64,000 bases of DNA from the human T2T-CHM13v2.0 reference genome, Homo sapiens, in assembly GCF_009914755.1 (NCBI RefSeq), contig NC_060926.1. One strand, given 5' to 3'. The notes under the pieces are model-generated. The model worked only from the letters and a program-made list of their open reading frames with translations. It did no database searches and was not told the DNA's origin. Positions within the stretch are counted from its first letter, which is position 1. Each line of letters starts with the position of its first letter. This document shows positions 1 through 15,740 of this stretch, one piece after another. Made by a program: the position numbers and the translations under genes.

Positions 1-242
1 TGTGTTTAATTTATTTAAAAAAACACCTGTGGTATCTACTTGCAAACTGGACTGGATCCTGTTACCTTGCCCAAATTGTCATTTTTTCAAAAATGAAAAA
101 AGCCTGAGGAAAGTTTATTATAAGAATAATGTAACTGACGAGAAAGTTTGTTTGTTTCTATGGCGTGCAAAACAAAATAAAGCCAATCCAAAACACGTTT
201 TAGATAAAATATCCGTAAACATAGTGATTAATCCTACTTTCA

Positions 243-680
<438 letters not shown>

Positions 681-704
681 TCAAAAATATGTGGAAAAGA
701 TCAA

Positions 705-805
705 GTTCAGGAATTCAGTAAGTCTGGAGTAAGTCCTAAACATCTGTAAACTAATAAAACTCCATAGGCAAGTGATATGAATTCCAACTTGAAAACCACT
801 GGTCT
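705..805. mobile_element. MER5-like hAT DNA transposon fragment
   Basis: ttcagtaagtctgg...ttgaaaaccactggtcta resembles the MER5A terminus as recalled. Confidence 0.5.
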
Positions 806-2188
806 AAAAGATGCTAGATTCAAATTAAAGAAGTAAAGTTCTGACCAAGTTAACATTGATAAAAAGTAAATGAAATGATGACTGCTAACACCATACTGTT
901 GCTGTCTAATATCAGGCAAAATAGTACCAGGACTCTGGGAAATAGAAATATATCGTGGACAGAGAGGGCATTGACAATTCTCTAGAAACTTCCCATATAG
1001 CCTATAATTTCAAAATATTTATAGTAACAACATTTAACTGATACAAATTTAACCTAGGAAAGGTTATGCTTCTTTTCTGATTTGCCAATGCTTTCCATGG
1101 ACTTCATCAATAGTAACATATCAAATAAACCTAATTATTTCTAGACCCTTCCTTTTTTACAAGGTAAAAGAGCAAATCTCTTGTGATTTTTTTAGGGGCC
1201 CTCTCAAAAATCTGAAAGACAGTCTTAGGTATAAAAAATATCATTTAGGATTCAATTTAGGAATGGCAAAATATCAAAAGCTGTCAGGAGATTTGAGCAT
1301 TGATCAAGATATGATCATGGATTACTGAGAACAATACTTGGCTATCAATTTCATCAAAGTGATGATAACAGCTTTAAGAAATAAATGTAGGAGGTAACAT
1401 GATGGTGAAGAACCTTAACTCAGCTCTTTCAAAAGTGAGAACACTTTGTTCTCTTAAATAATCAAGGACATGACAAAGTCAACAAAAGCACAGTACGTTT
1501 CACAGTACTCAGAATCTTTGTTATCTAGGCAGATTACACAGAAGGTAAGAATAATTGCTTTTATAATTTCTTATTAAGAGCAGACCAATAATAGAAGAAA
1601 ATTTTGTCATTTGAGCAAAATTCTCTCAAAATATAGTTTGAGAGAATCAAACTATAGTTTTGCATCAGTACAATCCCTGCTACTAAAGATCTTTTTGAAA
1701 ATCTTACAAATAAATCACAAACCACAGCCAGCTTTGACCACAGCAAACAAAATTCCATTTCTGCAAACTTTCTACAACTTTCTATATCCATTTGTGTTTT
1801 GTCCAAAACTTTCCTCTGTCTCATTTGGAACAACCAGTCATTTTACTTTAGAACAAAACTACTCTCTTTTTCACTTAACAAAAGCACATCCCCTTTAGTT
1901 CAACTTCTGAAAGTGGCAAAACAAACACACAACAACAACAAAAAACACGCTTATTAACAGACCAAAAGGTATAGCCTCTCCATGTCATACATGGGAACTT
2001 CAGGAATATGCTATCTATATAAATATTTATTTATTCCTAAGCCAATCATTATAGAGGACCTTTAAGAGATTTTATAATATAATGCCATCCAGAGGTAGGA
2101 AAATGTTACAAACTCACTGACATGTATACACTGTACATACAGATACAGATAGAGAGCTTATAGCTTCAATTTTAAAATTTTAGCCATG

Positions 2189-2479
2189 GGATCGGGCACA
2201 GGGACTCACGCCTGTAATCCCAGTACTTTGGGAGGCCAAGGCGGGCAGATCACTTGAGCTCAGGAGTTCAAGACCAGCCTGGGCAACATGGCAAGACCTC
2301 GTCTCTACAAAAAACACAAAAAACAGCTGGGCATGGTGGTGCATGCCTGTAGTCCCAGGTACTTAGGAGGCTGAGGTGGAAAGATCACTTGAACCCAAGA
2401 GGTTGAAGCTGCAGTGAGCTGTGGTCACTCCACTGCACTCCCACCTGGGTGACAGAGACCCTGTCTCAAAAAATAAAAT
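2189..2479 (+). mobile_element. Alu SINE (AluJ-type)
   Basis: Diverged Alu body; 17-nt TSD aaaattttagccatggg at 2174-2190 and 2480-2496. Confidence 0.93.
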
Positions 2480-2857
2480 AAAATTTTAGCCATGGGTCAA
2501 GCATAAATATAGATATAAAACTCATTGTTTTCTTAATTGATTTAATCTCAAAAAGACAAATACACAAACAGAAAAGAGTAACAAAGCAGATTGTCCTGCC
2601 TCCCCCAGCAGAGACAGGATCTCCATAAGCTGTCGACACATTTACAGAGGTTACAAATGGTTGGACCATAAAACCAAAAGAAGCTGGCAGTAGAAATCAT
2701 GCAAGTATTCAAAAACAATCAAAATCCAATTTTTACCACACCATCAATGGACAAGAGTCTCAAACCCAAACTTGAGAGGCAGACTCACCATCAGGTCCTC
2801 CAGCCAGTGGTCAGGGGAGCAAACCCGAGAACCGGAGGACCCAAGGGAAAGGCTCAG

Positions 2858-2875
2858 ACCTGAGTCATGGCCCCA
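2858..2875 (-). other. Retroviral primer-binding site, tRNA-His-like
   Basis: Minus strand TGGGGCCATGACTCAGGT versus His PBS TGGTGCCGTGACTCGGAT; two differences are CpG transitions; lies 3 nt from the LTR end. Confidence 0.65.
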
Positions 2876-2878
2876 AAC

Positions 2879-3194
2879 TGTCAAAGACAAAATGAACTGA
2901 ACAATAAAGGAGATGACTGAATTCAGTCTATTGCAACAGGGAAAACATGCTTTAGTGAAGAATCTCAAAGAAAAGGAAGTGGATCTGGGGTTTCATAAAA
3001 TCAGGCAAATAAAGGAATTGTCAGGAAGAATGGAGGTAAGTCTTATCTATTGGTAGAGGGGAGGGTTATTTGCAGCAAGCAGTTTTGTGGAACACAAAGG
3101 GGTAAGGGATTTCAGAAAACAAAAGAATAGGAGGATTTCTTACCTGTTCCTGTTTTCCTGGAGTACAGGGGTCAGGAAAAGTTTAGTATTGTTG
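2879..3194 (-). mobile_element. ERV1 (MER4-group) 5' LTR
   Basis: tgtcaaagac (LTR 3' end ...gaca on the minus strand) abuts the PBS; distal end approximate. Confidence 0.6.
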
Positions 3195-3248
3195 AGAGCT
3201 TATCAAGTAACTAAATGTAAACCATGATCATTATGGTTATTTTAGTGA

Positions 3249-3606
<358 letters not shown>

Positions 3607-3959
3607 TAAAAATTTTTTTTACCATAGAAGTCAAACACTAAAGTTTACAAATGATTATCTTTTAAAATATTCCTTCAGACAGAGTCAGTGACATTCCTAT
3701 TCCCTTGAGGGGGTCATGTGGAAAGGAAGAAGTTGTACAAAAGCATCTACAAACAGTGTTGCAACTTCAGGGCACCAAGAGTTCCAGACAGTGTACATTG
3801 AGGTGGCTTCAAGGAAAGGGGTGGCTGGAGAGGTAGTCAAGGACAGGATGGGGAGGGACATCTGGGCCTCTCACACAAATTAGAACCCAGTCTGCAGGGA
3901 GGTGGAAAGGGCTTAGAGTTAGGAGTGCAATGCCATTTTGCTAGGAGACTGAGCAGCAG

Positions 3960-4090
3960 GGCCAAGCTCTCTGGGTTTGGATCTAGACTTTGCCACCATG
4001 GCTCTGTAATCTTGAACAAGTTACTTAACCAGAGTTTTCTTCCATTGTAAAATGATGTTAATAGCATCTATTTCAGAGGAGTGTTGTGAC
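3960..4090 (+). mobile_element. MIR SINE fragment
   Basis: MIR core ttgaacaagttacttaacc...ttgtaaaatg. Confidence 0.6.
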
Positions 4091-4686
4091 ACTGTAGTTA
4101 AAATGAGCAGAATTATACCTGGTATGTAGAATTAGCCATGACTACTACTAGAACTTCAGTCATTGTTACCTTTTTGTGCTTTCTTGGCTAAGTGTTGCTG
4201 CCTGGGAGCTCTGACACCAGTGGGCCTCCAATATTCCCTTATAGGAGTGACTGAGTAACATCAATCTGGTTGGAAGTTGTGGAGGTAGGTAAAGGTTCCA
4301 CTTGATACCATATCTGCATAGCTATTCAGGCAAGAGTGACTAAAGTTAACTGATCAAATAAAATAATGAGGTTCTGGAGGTTAGGGTGTGGTTAAGGTCT
4401 TGCTAATGCTACACGTATTGTGTGTGGGGGAGGGCAGGAAATGAGACTGACTAAGATCTATGGCAATGGCTAACACTATACAGCTCTAGGAAAGTTCCTT
4501 TTACATCAGTATCTACTTAGTGCTCCTGCTTAAACCTCTGCTCTACAATGAAAGCAGGGAACTAAAGTAAGATGGATGGGGAGAAGCACCAATGGTCTAA
4601 ATATGTCTGAGACTTGAAATGCAGAGGAAGTTACAAAGCCATGGCAAAGGTTGAGTTTGTTTGTTAAAATATATGATGTGTTTCAG

Positions 4687-5160
4687 CACACGTATGTTTA
4701 TTGCAGCACTATTTACAATAGCAAAGACTTGGAACCAACCAAATGCCCATCAATGATAGACTGGATTAAGAAAATGTGGCACATATACACCATGGAATAC
4801 TATGCAGCCATAAAAAAGAATGACTTCATGTCCTTTGCAGGGACATGGATGAAGCTGGAAGCCATCATTCTCAGCAAACTAACACAGGAACAGAAAAACA
4901 AACACAGCATGTTTTCACTCATAAATGAGGGTTAACAATGAGAATGCATGGATACAGGGCGGGGAACATCACACACTGGGGCCTGTTGGGAGGAGTGGGG
5001 AAAGGGGAGGGAAAGCATTAGGACAAATACCTAATGCATGTGTGGCTTAAAACCTAGATGATGGGTTGATAGATGCAGCAAACCACCATGGCACATGTAT
5101 ATCTGTGTAACAAACCTGCACATTGTTCACATGTATCCCAGAACTTAAAGTAAAATAAAA
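4687..5160 (+). mobile_element. LINE-1 (L1PA) 3' fragment, 5'-truncated
   Basis: ORF2 C-terminus (KCPSMIDWIKKMWHIYTMEYYAAIKKNDFMSFAGTWMKLEAIILSKLTQEQK), G-rich 3' UTR, cagaacttaaagta end and A tail. Confidence 0.93.
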
Positions 5161-6058
5161 TATATATGTATATGATACATTTCATCAAAACATGAGAAAT
5201 TAAAAGAACAGCATCTCAGCTTCCTCATAAGTTTGCACACACAGGAGTAGATTTTAAGATTCTTGTTTGTCTCAGGGATTGTTCTAACCTTCATTAGGAA
5301 TGCCAACTTGATTTGCTACTAGTTCCCAGCCCAGCTGAGCTGGGGAGTTTTTTTAGAGCATGAGGTCTCTCATATTGCTGTGCAAGTGTCTGCTGGCTGC
5401 AGACACAGGTCCCCAGCATGGTTCAAAGCCAATTTCTGTCCCCCACCTCACTCAAGAATGGCACTGTGGGGGCATTTGTCATGGCCTGAGAACAGGGCAG
5501 CAGGGACTGCTACCATCCTTTGATGTCGTGCAAGCAAAATACCCATTGTTTTTCCATTATTGAATATCTATTCTTTTCCCATAAGTTTGAAGTCATAGCT
5601 TAAAACATTAGAATGAAATATTACCCCCACCCCACCCCTTCAGCTGGATAGAGGACAAAGAGAACACAGAAACCTGAACACTCATGGCAGAAACATCCAC
5701 AGAAAAATGCCTCTGTTTCCAAATTAATTTGGGTAGTGTCACCATTTGCTTTGCTATTATGTCAAGCCTTGCTTCCAGGGGCAGAAAGGTTTTACACAAA
5801 TAGATCGTTAGTACTGTAGGGAGTTGAAGTTTACTCAATCACTACAAGAGCCACGGCTTTCAGAGCTTCTGACCATGACCCAGTGTAAGAAATACACTTT
5901 TATTATGACCCAATGCACACATCCATAACTGAAGCAAAACTTCCATGGTATAAGTACTCCCACCTTGGCTCATTACTAGCTATCAACCTCATGTCACAGA
6001 ATCACTGAACATGAGTTGGGAAGAGGTGTGTACAATCAGCTGTCAGCACACAACTGCT

Positions 6059-6080
6059 ACACACACACACACACACACAC
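6059..6080. repeat. (AC)n microsatellite
   Basis: About 11 AC units read directly. Confidence 0.9.
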
Positions 6081-6300
6081 AATAACAACAATGATTAAGA
6101 AACTGCTGAACAGAAGGTGTTGCAAATAACATATTTTGGGAAACTATCTAAATCGCAGAGCTTGTAAATCAGGGGGAAGAGTCTATGTGTAATACCTGAA
6201 TGTTTTCTTTGCAGAAGTCTGTTGGAAGCCTATTTCAGCAAAACATCCTCTCTTGTAAGTTAATCTTCTGTTCGTAATATTCTAAGAAAGGTGGTTCCTC

Positions 6301-6619
6301 TATTTTATTTATTTATTGATCTTATTTTACTTTATTTTTTGAGACAGAGTCTCACTCTGTTGCCCAGGCTGGAGCGCAATGGCGTGATCTCGGCTGGTCC
6401 AACATTCGCCTCCCGGGTTCAAGCGATTCTCCTGTCTCAGCCTCCTGACTAGCTGGGATTACAGGAGCACGCCACTAGGCCCGGCTAAATTTTGTATTTT
6501 TAGTAGAGATGGGGTTTCACCCTGTTGGTCAGGCTGGTCTCTAACTCCTGACCTCATGATTCACCCACCTCGGCCTCCCAAAGTGCTGGGATTACAGGCG
6601 TGAGCCACCGCGCCCAGCC
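6301..6619 (-). mobile_element. Alu SINE (AluS-type)
   Basis: Antisense Alu; TSD tcctctatttt on both sides. Confidence 0.95.
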
Positions 6620-6864
6620 TCCTCTATTTTAATCTCTGCCTTCTTTGATTCCTCTGTCAGAAACATTGTGCTTCAGCCAGATGATATTTTCTTTGGAAGC
6701 AGTTTTTATAAAACAGTAAAAATTAAGTCCGATACACTATAAAATGAAAGGTGAAGGGTGTGTGTGTGTGTGTAAATTCACATGACTCCAGGTATTCTAA
6801 ACAATTGAATGATCATTAGTAGTTTTCCCTTAAGCCTTAAAATTATTTTGGAAATAAAAGAATC

Positions 6865-7267
6865 ATATTGCTACATAACAAACCGCCCTAAAAGTCAATG
6901 GCATTCAACAATAAGCATTTATTTCTCACACAATTGAGGATTAGCTGCAGGGACCATCTGCCTACTCTTGTCTGTGGAGCAGTTGGGGGCCCCACTCTGA
7001 GCTGGGTTTGGTTTGGGCAGCTTTGTTTCAGATACCCCAAATCCATCTCTTGGGACCACAGGGCTAGACTGAAGAAACCATGCTGCTTATAACAATGGAA
7101 ACGTTCAAGAGAGCAGGAGGAAATTGTAAAGATCCCTGGAGGGCATCACTTTTGTGTCTTTCTATTAGCCAAAGCAAGTCACTCCCTATCTCCTACCACA
7201 GTGAGAGGGCAGTGCAAAATTACACGGCAAAGGTAATTGTTCCAAGGAGAAGGGAAGAATTGGGGCT
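6865..7267 (-). mobile_element. Old MLT1-family MaLR LTR, split by the MLT1D provirus (resumes about 12531-12550)
   Basis: attgctacataacaaacc...catttatttctcac...gaagaattggggc MaLR motifs. Confidence 0.6.
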
Positions 7268-7928
7268 TGTGGAAGGCTGAATAATGCACTCCAAAAATCT
7301 CTACATCCTAATCTCTGGAACCTGTGAATTTACTTTAGGTTTGCAAAAGAGATTAAATTAAGGATGGGGAGATTATCCTGGATTTTCTGGATGGGCCCAG
7401 TGTAATCCCAAGGGTCCTTCTAAGAGGGAGACAGGAGATCAGAGTTAGAAGTAGTACGTGGGGTGACAGAAGCAGGAAGAAAAGGCAACATGATGTGAGG
7501 TCATGAGCCAAGGAATGAGAACAGCCTGCAGAAGATGGAAAAGGCAAGGAAGCAGAATCTTCTCTGAAGCTTCAAGAATGAATGCAGCCCTGCCAACACC
7601 TTGATTTCAGGCTTCTGATATCCAGAAATATAAGAGAATAAGTTTTTTGTTGCCTTAAATGTAAACCAAATAGTATCCACTAGGTTTGTGGTAATTTTGT
7701 TACCGTAGCAATAGAAAACTAGTACAGATTGTGGTATCAGGAAGTGGGGTGCTGTTGCAACAAATGCCTGCACATGTGGAAGTGGAACTGGAATTGGGTA
7801 GAAAGGCCTAGTTTGCACTGAACAGACTGTTGGTAGAAAAATGGATGTTAAAGACTCTGCCGGTGAGGACTCCGGAGGAAATGAGGAACATTATTGGAAA
7901 CTAGAGGAAAGGGGATCCTGTAACACAG

Positions 7929-9372
7929 TGTGTCCGGAATTGGTGGGTTCTTGGTCTCACTGACTTCAAGAATGAAGCCGTGGACCCTCGCGGTGAGCGT
8001 TACAGTTCTTAAAGGCAGCATGTCCGGAGTTTGTTCCTTCTGATGTTCGGATGCGTTCAGAGTTTCTTCCTTCTGGTGGGTTGGTGGTCTCGCTGGCTCA
8101 CGAGTGAAGCTGCAAACCTTCGCAGTGAGTGTTACAGCTCTTCAGGCAGCACGTCTGGAGTTGTTCGTTCCTCCCGGTGGGTTCGTGGTCTCGCTGGCTT
8201 CGGGAGTGAAGCTGCAGACCTTCGTGGTGAATGTTACAGCTCATAAAGGTAGCGTGGACCCAAAGTCTGAGCAGCAGCAAGATTTATTGAAAAGTGCAAA
8301 AAAACAAAGCTCTCACAGTGTGGAAGAAGACCTGAGCGGGTTGCCACTGCTGGCTCAGGCACCCTGCTTTTATTGTCCTATCTGGCCCCACCCACATCCT
8401 GCTGATTGGTCCATTTTACAGAGAGCCGAGTGGTCTGTTTTGACAGGGCGCTGATTGGTGCATTTACAATCCCTGAGCTAGACCCAAAAGTTCTCCACGT
8501 CCCCACTAGATTAGCTAGATACAGAGTGTGGACACAAAGGTTCTCCAAGTCCCCACCAGAGTAGCTAGATACAGAGTGTCGATTGGTGCATTCACAAACC
8601 CTGAGCTAGACACAGGGTGCTGAATGGTGTGTTTACAAACCTTGAGCTAGATACAGAGTGCTGATTGGTGTATTTACAATCCCTTAGTTAGACATAAAGG
8701 TTCTCCAAGTCCCCACCAGAGTCAGAAACCCAGCTGGCTTCACCCAGTGGATCCTGCAGCGGGGCGGCAGGTGGAGCTGCCTGCCAGTCCTGCGCTGTGC
8801 ACCCGCACTCCTTAGCCCTTGGGTGGTGGATGGGACTGGGTGCCGTGGAGCAGGGGGCTGCGCTCGTCGGGGAGGCTGGGGCCACACAGGAGTCCACAGA
8901 GGAGGGGGAGGCTCAGGCATGGTGGACTGCAGGTCCCGAGCCCTGCCCCCCAGGGAGGCAGCTAAGGCCGGGCGAGAAATCGAGTGCAGCGCTGGTGGGC
9001 CGGCACTGCTGGGGTACCCAGCACACCCTCTGCAGCCTCTGGCCCAGGTGCTAAGCCCCTCATTGCCCAGGGCCAGCAGGGCCGGCCTGCCGGCAGCTCG
9101 GGAGTGCGGGCCGCCAAGCCCACGCCCACCCAGAACTCTAGCTGGCCCGCAAGCTCCACGGGCAGCCCTGGTTCCCGCTAGCGCCTCTCCCTCCACACCT
9201 CCCCGCAAGCTGAGGGAGCCGGCTTAGGCCTCGGCCAGCCCACGAAGGGGCTCCCACAGTGCAGCGGCGGGCTGAAGTGCTCCTCAAGTGCTGCCAAAGT
9301 GGGAGCCCAGGCAGAGGAGGCGCCGAGAGCGAGCGAGGGCTGTGAGGGCTGCCAGCACGCTGTCACCTCTCA
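7929..9372 (-). mobile_element. LTR12 (ERV9) solo LTR, LTR12C-like
   Basis: Ends tgtgtccggaattggtggg...ctgtcacctctca; GC-rich U3; tandem gattgg (CCAAT) repeats. Confidence 0.93.
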
Positions 9373-9593
9373 GTAGTGGCAGGAAGGGTTAGCAGAACCA
9401 TGTTATATATTTATGTGGAATGAGGAACTTGTCAACCACGTACTTGGGTATTTAGCTGAGGATAGCGCCAAGCAAAGTATTGAAGGTACAACCTGGCTTA
9501 TTCTTTTATAACTTACAGCAAATGTCAGAAGAAGGAGATAAATTGAGGAAAGGACTGCTGAGCTAAAGGAACCAGGATTTAATGATTTTGTAA

Positions 9594-9990
<397 letters not shown>

Positions 9991-10322
9991 TGGACAACAT
10001 TTTGCTAGTGTCTGAGAAGAAACAAAATGTCACAGTATTCTGTCACACAGAGAGCTCTTTGAAGAGATTAAGTACATGACTCATGGATTCTTTCAGCCAT
10101 CTCATGGGACTATCTAGGAAAGATCTGTGGAAGAGCCTCTTATCTAATGGAGTGAATCCCTGTGACATACATAGGAGACCCACAAGATTCTTGATGATGT
10201 TATACTAGCAGCAACACTGCCAGCTTAGCCAGAAAGGGACAAAAAGAAGACAAAAATTTTAAAAGGTTGTTGGACTCCCAAAATTATACAGACAGGAAAC
10301 AGGCTGATAAAACTACTTAGAT

Positions 10323-10633
10323 GGGCCAGGCACGATGGCTCATGCCCGTAATCCCAGCATTGTGGGAGGCCGTGGTGGGTGGATTGCTTGAGGTCAGGAG
10401 TTCAAGACCAGCCTGGATAACATGGTAAAACCCTGCCTCTACTAAAAATACAAAAATTAGCTGGGCATGGTGGTGCATGCCTGTAGTCCCAGCTACTCAG
10501 GAGGCTGAGGCAGGAGAATCGCTTGAACCCAGGAGGTGGAGGTTCAGTGCACTGAGATCATGCCACTGCACTCCAGCCTGCATGACAAAGCGAGACTCCA
10601 TCTCAAAAACAAAAACAAACAAACAAGAAAAAA
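10323..10633 (+). mobile_element. Alu SINE (AluS-type)
   Basis: Alu body; approximate TSD aaaactacttagatg/aaaacgtacttggatg. Confidence 0.93.
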
Positions 10634-10720
10634 ACGTACTTGGATGAAAACATGTGCACTCTTCATGAAAAAGGAAGTATGATTCAGAGGCTAGAGCTTC
10701 AGGCTCAAAGTGTTGAGCCA

Positions 10721-11196
<476 letters not shown>

Positions 11197-11653
11197 TTAG
11201 GAGTAGATAACTTATTTTCTAGTTTTATGGGTCCACTGACAGAGAGGAATTTTTCCCCAAGATGGATCGTACTCAGAGTCTTACCCATTTTTTATTTAGA
11301 TAATTTAGATGAATAAATTTGGGGTTTTTGAAATAGTAATATTCAAAGAGAATTTGAACTTTGAATTGATGTTATGATAGGTTGAGACTTTTGGGGATAT
11401 TGAGAAGGGGCGAATGTAGCTTGACATGGAATGGATGTGAATCTTTGGGATTCAGAGGGCAGATGGTGGTAAGCTAAATAATGATCCCCCAAAGATGTTC
11501 CCAACATAATCCCTGGATCTTGTGAACATTACTTTATATGGCAAAAAAGGACTTTGCACATGGTTGCCAAGGGTCTTAAAATGGGGAGATTATCCTGGAT
11601 TATCTAGGCAGACCCTAAATATATCACAAGAATCCTTATAAGAGGGCAAGAAG

Positions 11654-11957
11654 GGCCAGGTGCAGTGGCTCATGCCTGTAATCCCAGCACTTTGGGAGGC
11701 TGAGGCAGGTGGATCACGAAGTCAGGAGTTTGAGACCAGCCTGGCCAACATAGTGAAACCCCATCTCTACTAAAATTACAAAAAGTTAGCCAAGTGTGGC
11801 AGCACGCACCTGTAATCCCAGCTACTCAGGAGGCTGAGACAGGAAAATTGCTTGTACCCAGGAGGCAGAGAGATTGCAGTGAGCCGAGACTGCTCCATTG
11901 CATTCCAGCCTGGGCTGGACTCTGTGAGACTCTGACAAAAAAAAAAAAAAAAAAAAA
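11654..11957 (+). mobile_element. Alu SINE (AluS-type) inside the MLT1D 3' LTR
   Basis: Alu body and poly(A) tail. Confidence 0.93.
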
Positions 11958-11999
11958 TGCAGGAAGAGAGCCAAAATGTGATGACAAAAGCAGAGATTT

Positions 12000-12336
<337 letters not shown>

Positions 12337-13229
12337 CTAGAAATTAGAAGAAGCAAGGAATAGATTCTCCCTTATGGTCTCCAGAAAAGACTTAGGTCTG
12401 CTGACAATTTTTATTCCTTTAGACTCATTCTAGACTTCTGACTTCCAGAATTGTGAAATAATGAATTTGTCTTATTTTTAGTTGTTATGTTTGAAGTAAT
12501 TTGCTACAGCAGCAATTGAGAACTAATACAGGGTCATTAATACAATCTTCTGTAGAAATAAACCTTGCTCCCCTGTTTTTACATATAAAAATTATCTTAA
12601 GCATTATCATTATTTTTAAAATAGGCAGTTTGTGAACATTTGACATTCTCAAATGTGAGTTGACCTTGTACTGGACCAATCTGTCTTCCAAAAGAAAGCA
12701 TCTTTAAGTTAAAAATAAAAGTCAGTGAGTAATTGGATTGGAAATGCAGAAACGTTTATTATAAGCAACAGTAACAACAGTTAGTTGAAAGGTTATGTGT
12801 GATGGAATAACAACTATTAATATGAGAGTATTGGAAGTCACTGAAGGGGATTTTGTAGTTACAAGTGCCCCCTCCCCCCTCCTCAGTCTTGCTGGAGAGA
12901 GGCTGGGGAGTCCACATCATAAACATAGAAACAGTGGGGAAGGAGAGAGGAGAAAGGGAAGAGCTGGAGATCTATGGAACTAGATGCTCTGGAGCAACTG
13001 TACCATGTGATCAGTGCAGCTTATATAGAAAGGGAAAGGGGACTTAAAAAATGTATTGCTGTAAGTTATGTACATGTATTTGGATTCTCCTCCAAGTTTG
13101 CAAGAAATACAGGGTGAGAATACAAACTGTTTGGAAATTTCTTCTGATTGTTGGAAGGAAGATACATAGTATATATCAGTGGTATTATCTGGGGTCCTTC
13201 CTCAAAGGTTACTTGATCATTTAGAAATG

Positions 13230-13727
13230 TGTTTAGGCTATAGGTGTTAGAAAAGTGGAATAATAATACCATAACAAGTGGGAATTTGTTTCCCTCATTT
13301 AACAACAAGCCTGGAGCTACAGAGTTGTAGCGGAATGGTTCTTCAAAGACCCAGGCTCCTTTCATCTTTCCGTACTGCATTATCCAAGTGGCCTTTCAGT
13401 TTAGGCTTATACCTTGAGTTTGAAAGATAGCTGTTACAGTTCCAGACTTCATGACCTCATTCAAAGGCAGCAAGTCCAGGGGTGTCCAGGGTAAGCACTT
13501 AGCATCTCCTGCATTTGTTTTTAAAGGAAACAAAATATCTTTCCCAGAATCCCTTGGTGGACTTTCCTTTGGCCAGAACTGGGTCGCATGCTGCCTCATC
13601 CCCTTGCACTACTAGAGTAGAGCCTGAGGAAGCAAATATCTGGTTTTGCAGACTCCAAAGTAGGATGTAGCAAAGGAAATTGGACTTGCAGTGGCTTTAG
13701 GTTGACCGTCCAATGGTGTCTGTCACA
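13230..13727. mobile_element. Old MLT1 (J/K-like) LTR
   Basis: aaagacccaggctcctttcatcttt, ttggccagaactgggtcgcatg and tgtctgtcaca motifs. Confidence 0.55.
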
Positions 13728-14059
13728 AGTATACCCACTCTCTCTTTTACTGGAAGGGCTTGAGGCCAACGCATTTGGAAACTGAGCAAGGGCCACATTT
13801 TTTGTTAAGAGGTCTGTCCTCCAGAGAAAAGCCACTACAGAGCTCTCCAAAAATGCTGGCATTCCCCTCACCAGTGGATTCCTCAGCGCTGAGGTGAATA
13901 TGTTTCTTCTGGGGCATTTTAGAGAACATAGCATTGAGGTAGATAAGTAGGTAACACTTGATACATCTATTAGAGCATTTTCTTAAATTCTTGAATTCTC
14001 CCTCCACATAGCAAGGTATCCCTGGCATCTCACTTTCATAAATATAACTTAGCATAGAC

Positions 14060-14280
14060 CTAAAAAGCTCAGACTCTGGAACCAGGTATCTGATTTGAAT
14101 CCCAGCTGTACCACTTACAAGCTGCATGTGGAAAGTTGTTTAACCTATATATGCCTCAGTTTTCCCTTTTATAAATGAGGATGATACTACCTGTCTCATA
14201 GGTTTATTATTATGATTAGATAATTTGATGTATGACAGCACTTTGAAAAGTGCTTGGCACTTAGTAGGGGTTACGTGTAT
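14060..14280 (+). mobile_element. MIR SINE
   Basis: agactctggaacc...tttgaatcccagct...gcctcagttttccc core. Confidence 0.7.
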
Positions 14281-15075
14281 GCCAACTAGCATTATTGTTT
14301 ACACCAGTCCTCATAAGTCTAGATTTCAGCAGCCAACAAAGCAGATGATTAATACTACTCCCAACTGCCCAAGTGAACACATTGAGTCTAGAACTTTGCT
14401 AATGCCTCCATATCAATACATTCAGCCTCATCTAAGGCTATGTTCTTCCTTCCTTGGTCTAGCATTCTCAGAATTTCTCTCCACATGTATTCCCCAGATT
14501 TTTGCTTTTATAAATTAGCAGAATCTCACACCTCCTGTGATGGGTAAGTCTTTTCCTTCAGAGTTTGCCTTTCCAATTGGCCTTTTGAGGTGTGCTGGGC
14601 TTTCTAGTGAGAGAAAATGAGGAGTATTTGGCACAGGGCATAAAGTTTCAAGGCAACACCCTCAAGCCAGGTCATTAGAGGATCTCAGTCAAAGCAACAA
14701 GAACCTCATGACTGCCTTTATTTGGCAAAGGAAGCCAACATAAGGCCTGAGGGGTGTGGAGTACATCAAATTAAGTCATCTAAATTGTCCTATGTAACTC
14801 CATGCAATCCTCAGGGTCCTAATGAGTTCTAATCAATGCTTTTGGTTTCAAATAAGAGAGTGGTTAGGCTATGAATGCAAGTGACTTTGTAATTCAGCAA
14901 TCCAAACGATTAATAGTTGAGTTTTTTTTTCACTTATTTTGGCCTCCACCTGCTAAAAATCAAAAGGTTTTCTGCTTGTCTGTTTCAGAAGTCATAGAAA
15001 AGCCCTGGTTTATAGGTACCTTGAGCTGAGAATGTAAGAGTTTCAGCTCATAATTCTCTTTTTTAAAGCTGTTCA

Positions 15076-15369
15076 GGCTGGGTGCAGTGGCTCATGCCTG
15101 TAATCCCAGCACTTTGGGAGGCCAAGGCGGGTGGATCACGAGGTCGGGAGATGGAGACTATCCTGGCTAACATGGTGAAACTCTGTCTCTATTAAAAATA
15201 CAAAAAATTAGCCAGGCATGGTGGCATGCACCTGTAGTCCCAGCTACTCAGGAGGCTGAGGCAGGAGAATTGCTTGAACCCAGGAGGCAGAGGTTGCAGT
15301 GAGCCGAGAGCACGTCACTGCACTCCAACCTGGGTGACAGAGCAAGACTGTCTCAAAAAAAAAAAAAAA
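15076..15369 (+). mobile_element. Alu SINE (AluS-type)
   Basis: Alu body; TSD aaagctgttca/aaagctattca. Confidence 0.94.
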
Positions 15370-15436
15370 GCTATTCAGCTCCATAAAAAACAACCACCTT
15401 ACTCTCACAGTCTTATTGTGAGAGTCTTTTTCCTAA

Positions 15437-15740
<304 letters not shown>

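Larger units (their letters stand above)
930..2877 (-). mobile_element. ERV1 (MER4-group) non-autonomous internal sequence, interrupted by an Alu
   Basis: AT-rich MER4-int-like motifs ending in a primer-binding site next to an LTR; left boundary approximate. Confidence 0.6.

Noticed and set aside
4651-4935. 94-aa ORF resembling a protein C-terminus
   Set aside because: It is the end of L1 ORF2 in a 5'-truncated L1 copy
8031-9366. ORFs within LTR12 (also 29246-30877) and MER52 (57358-58406)
   Set aside because: GC-rich LTR sequence with no gag, pol or env similarity
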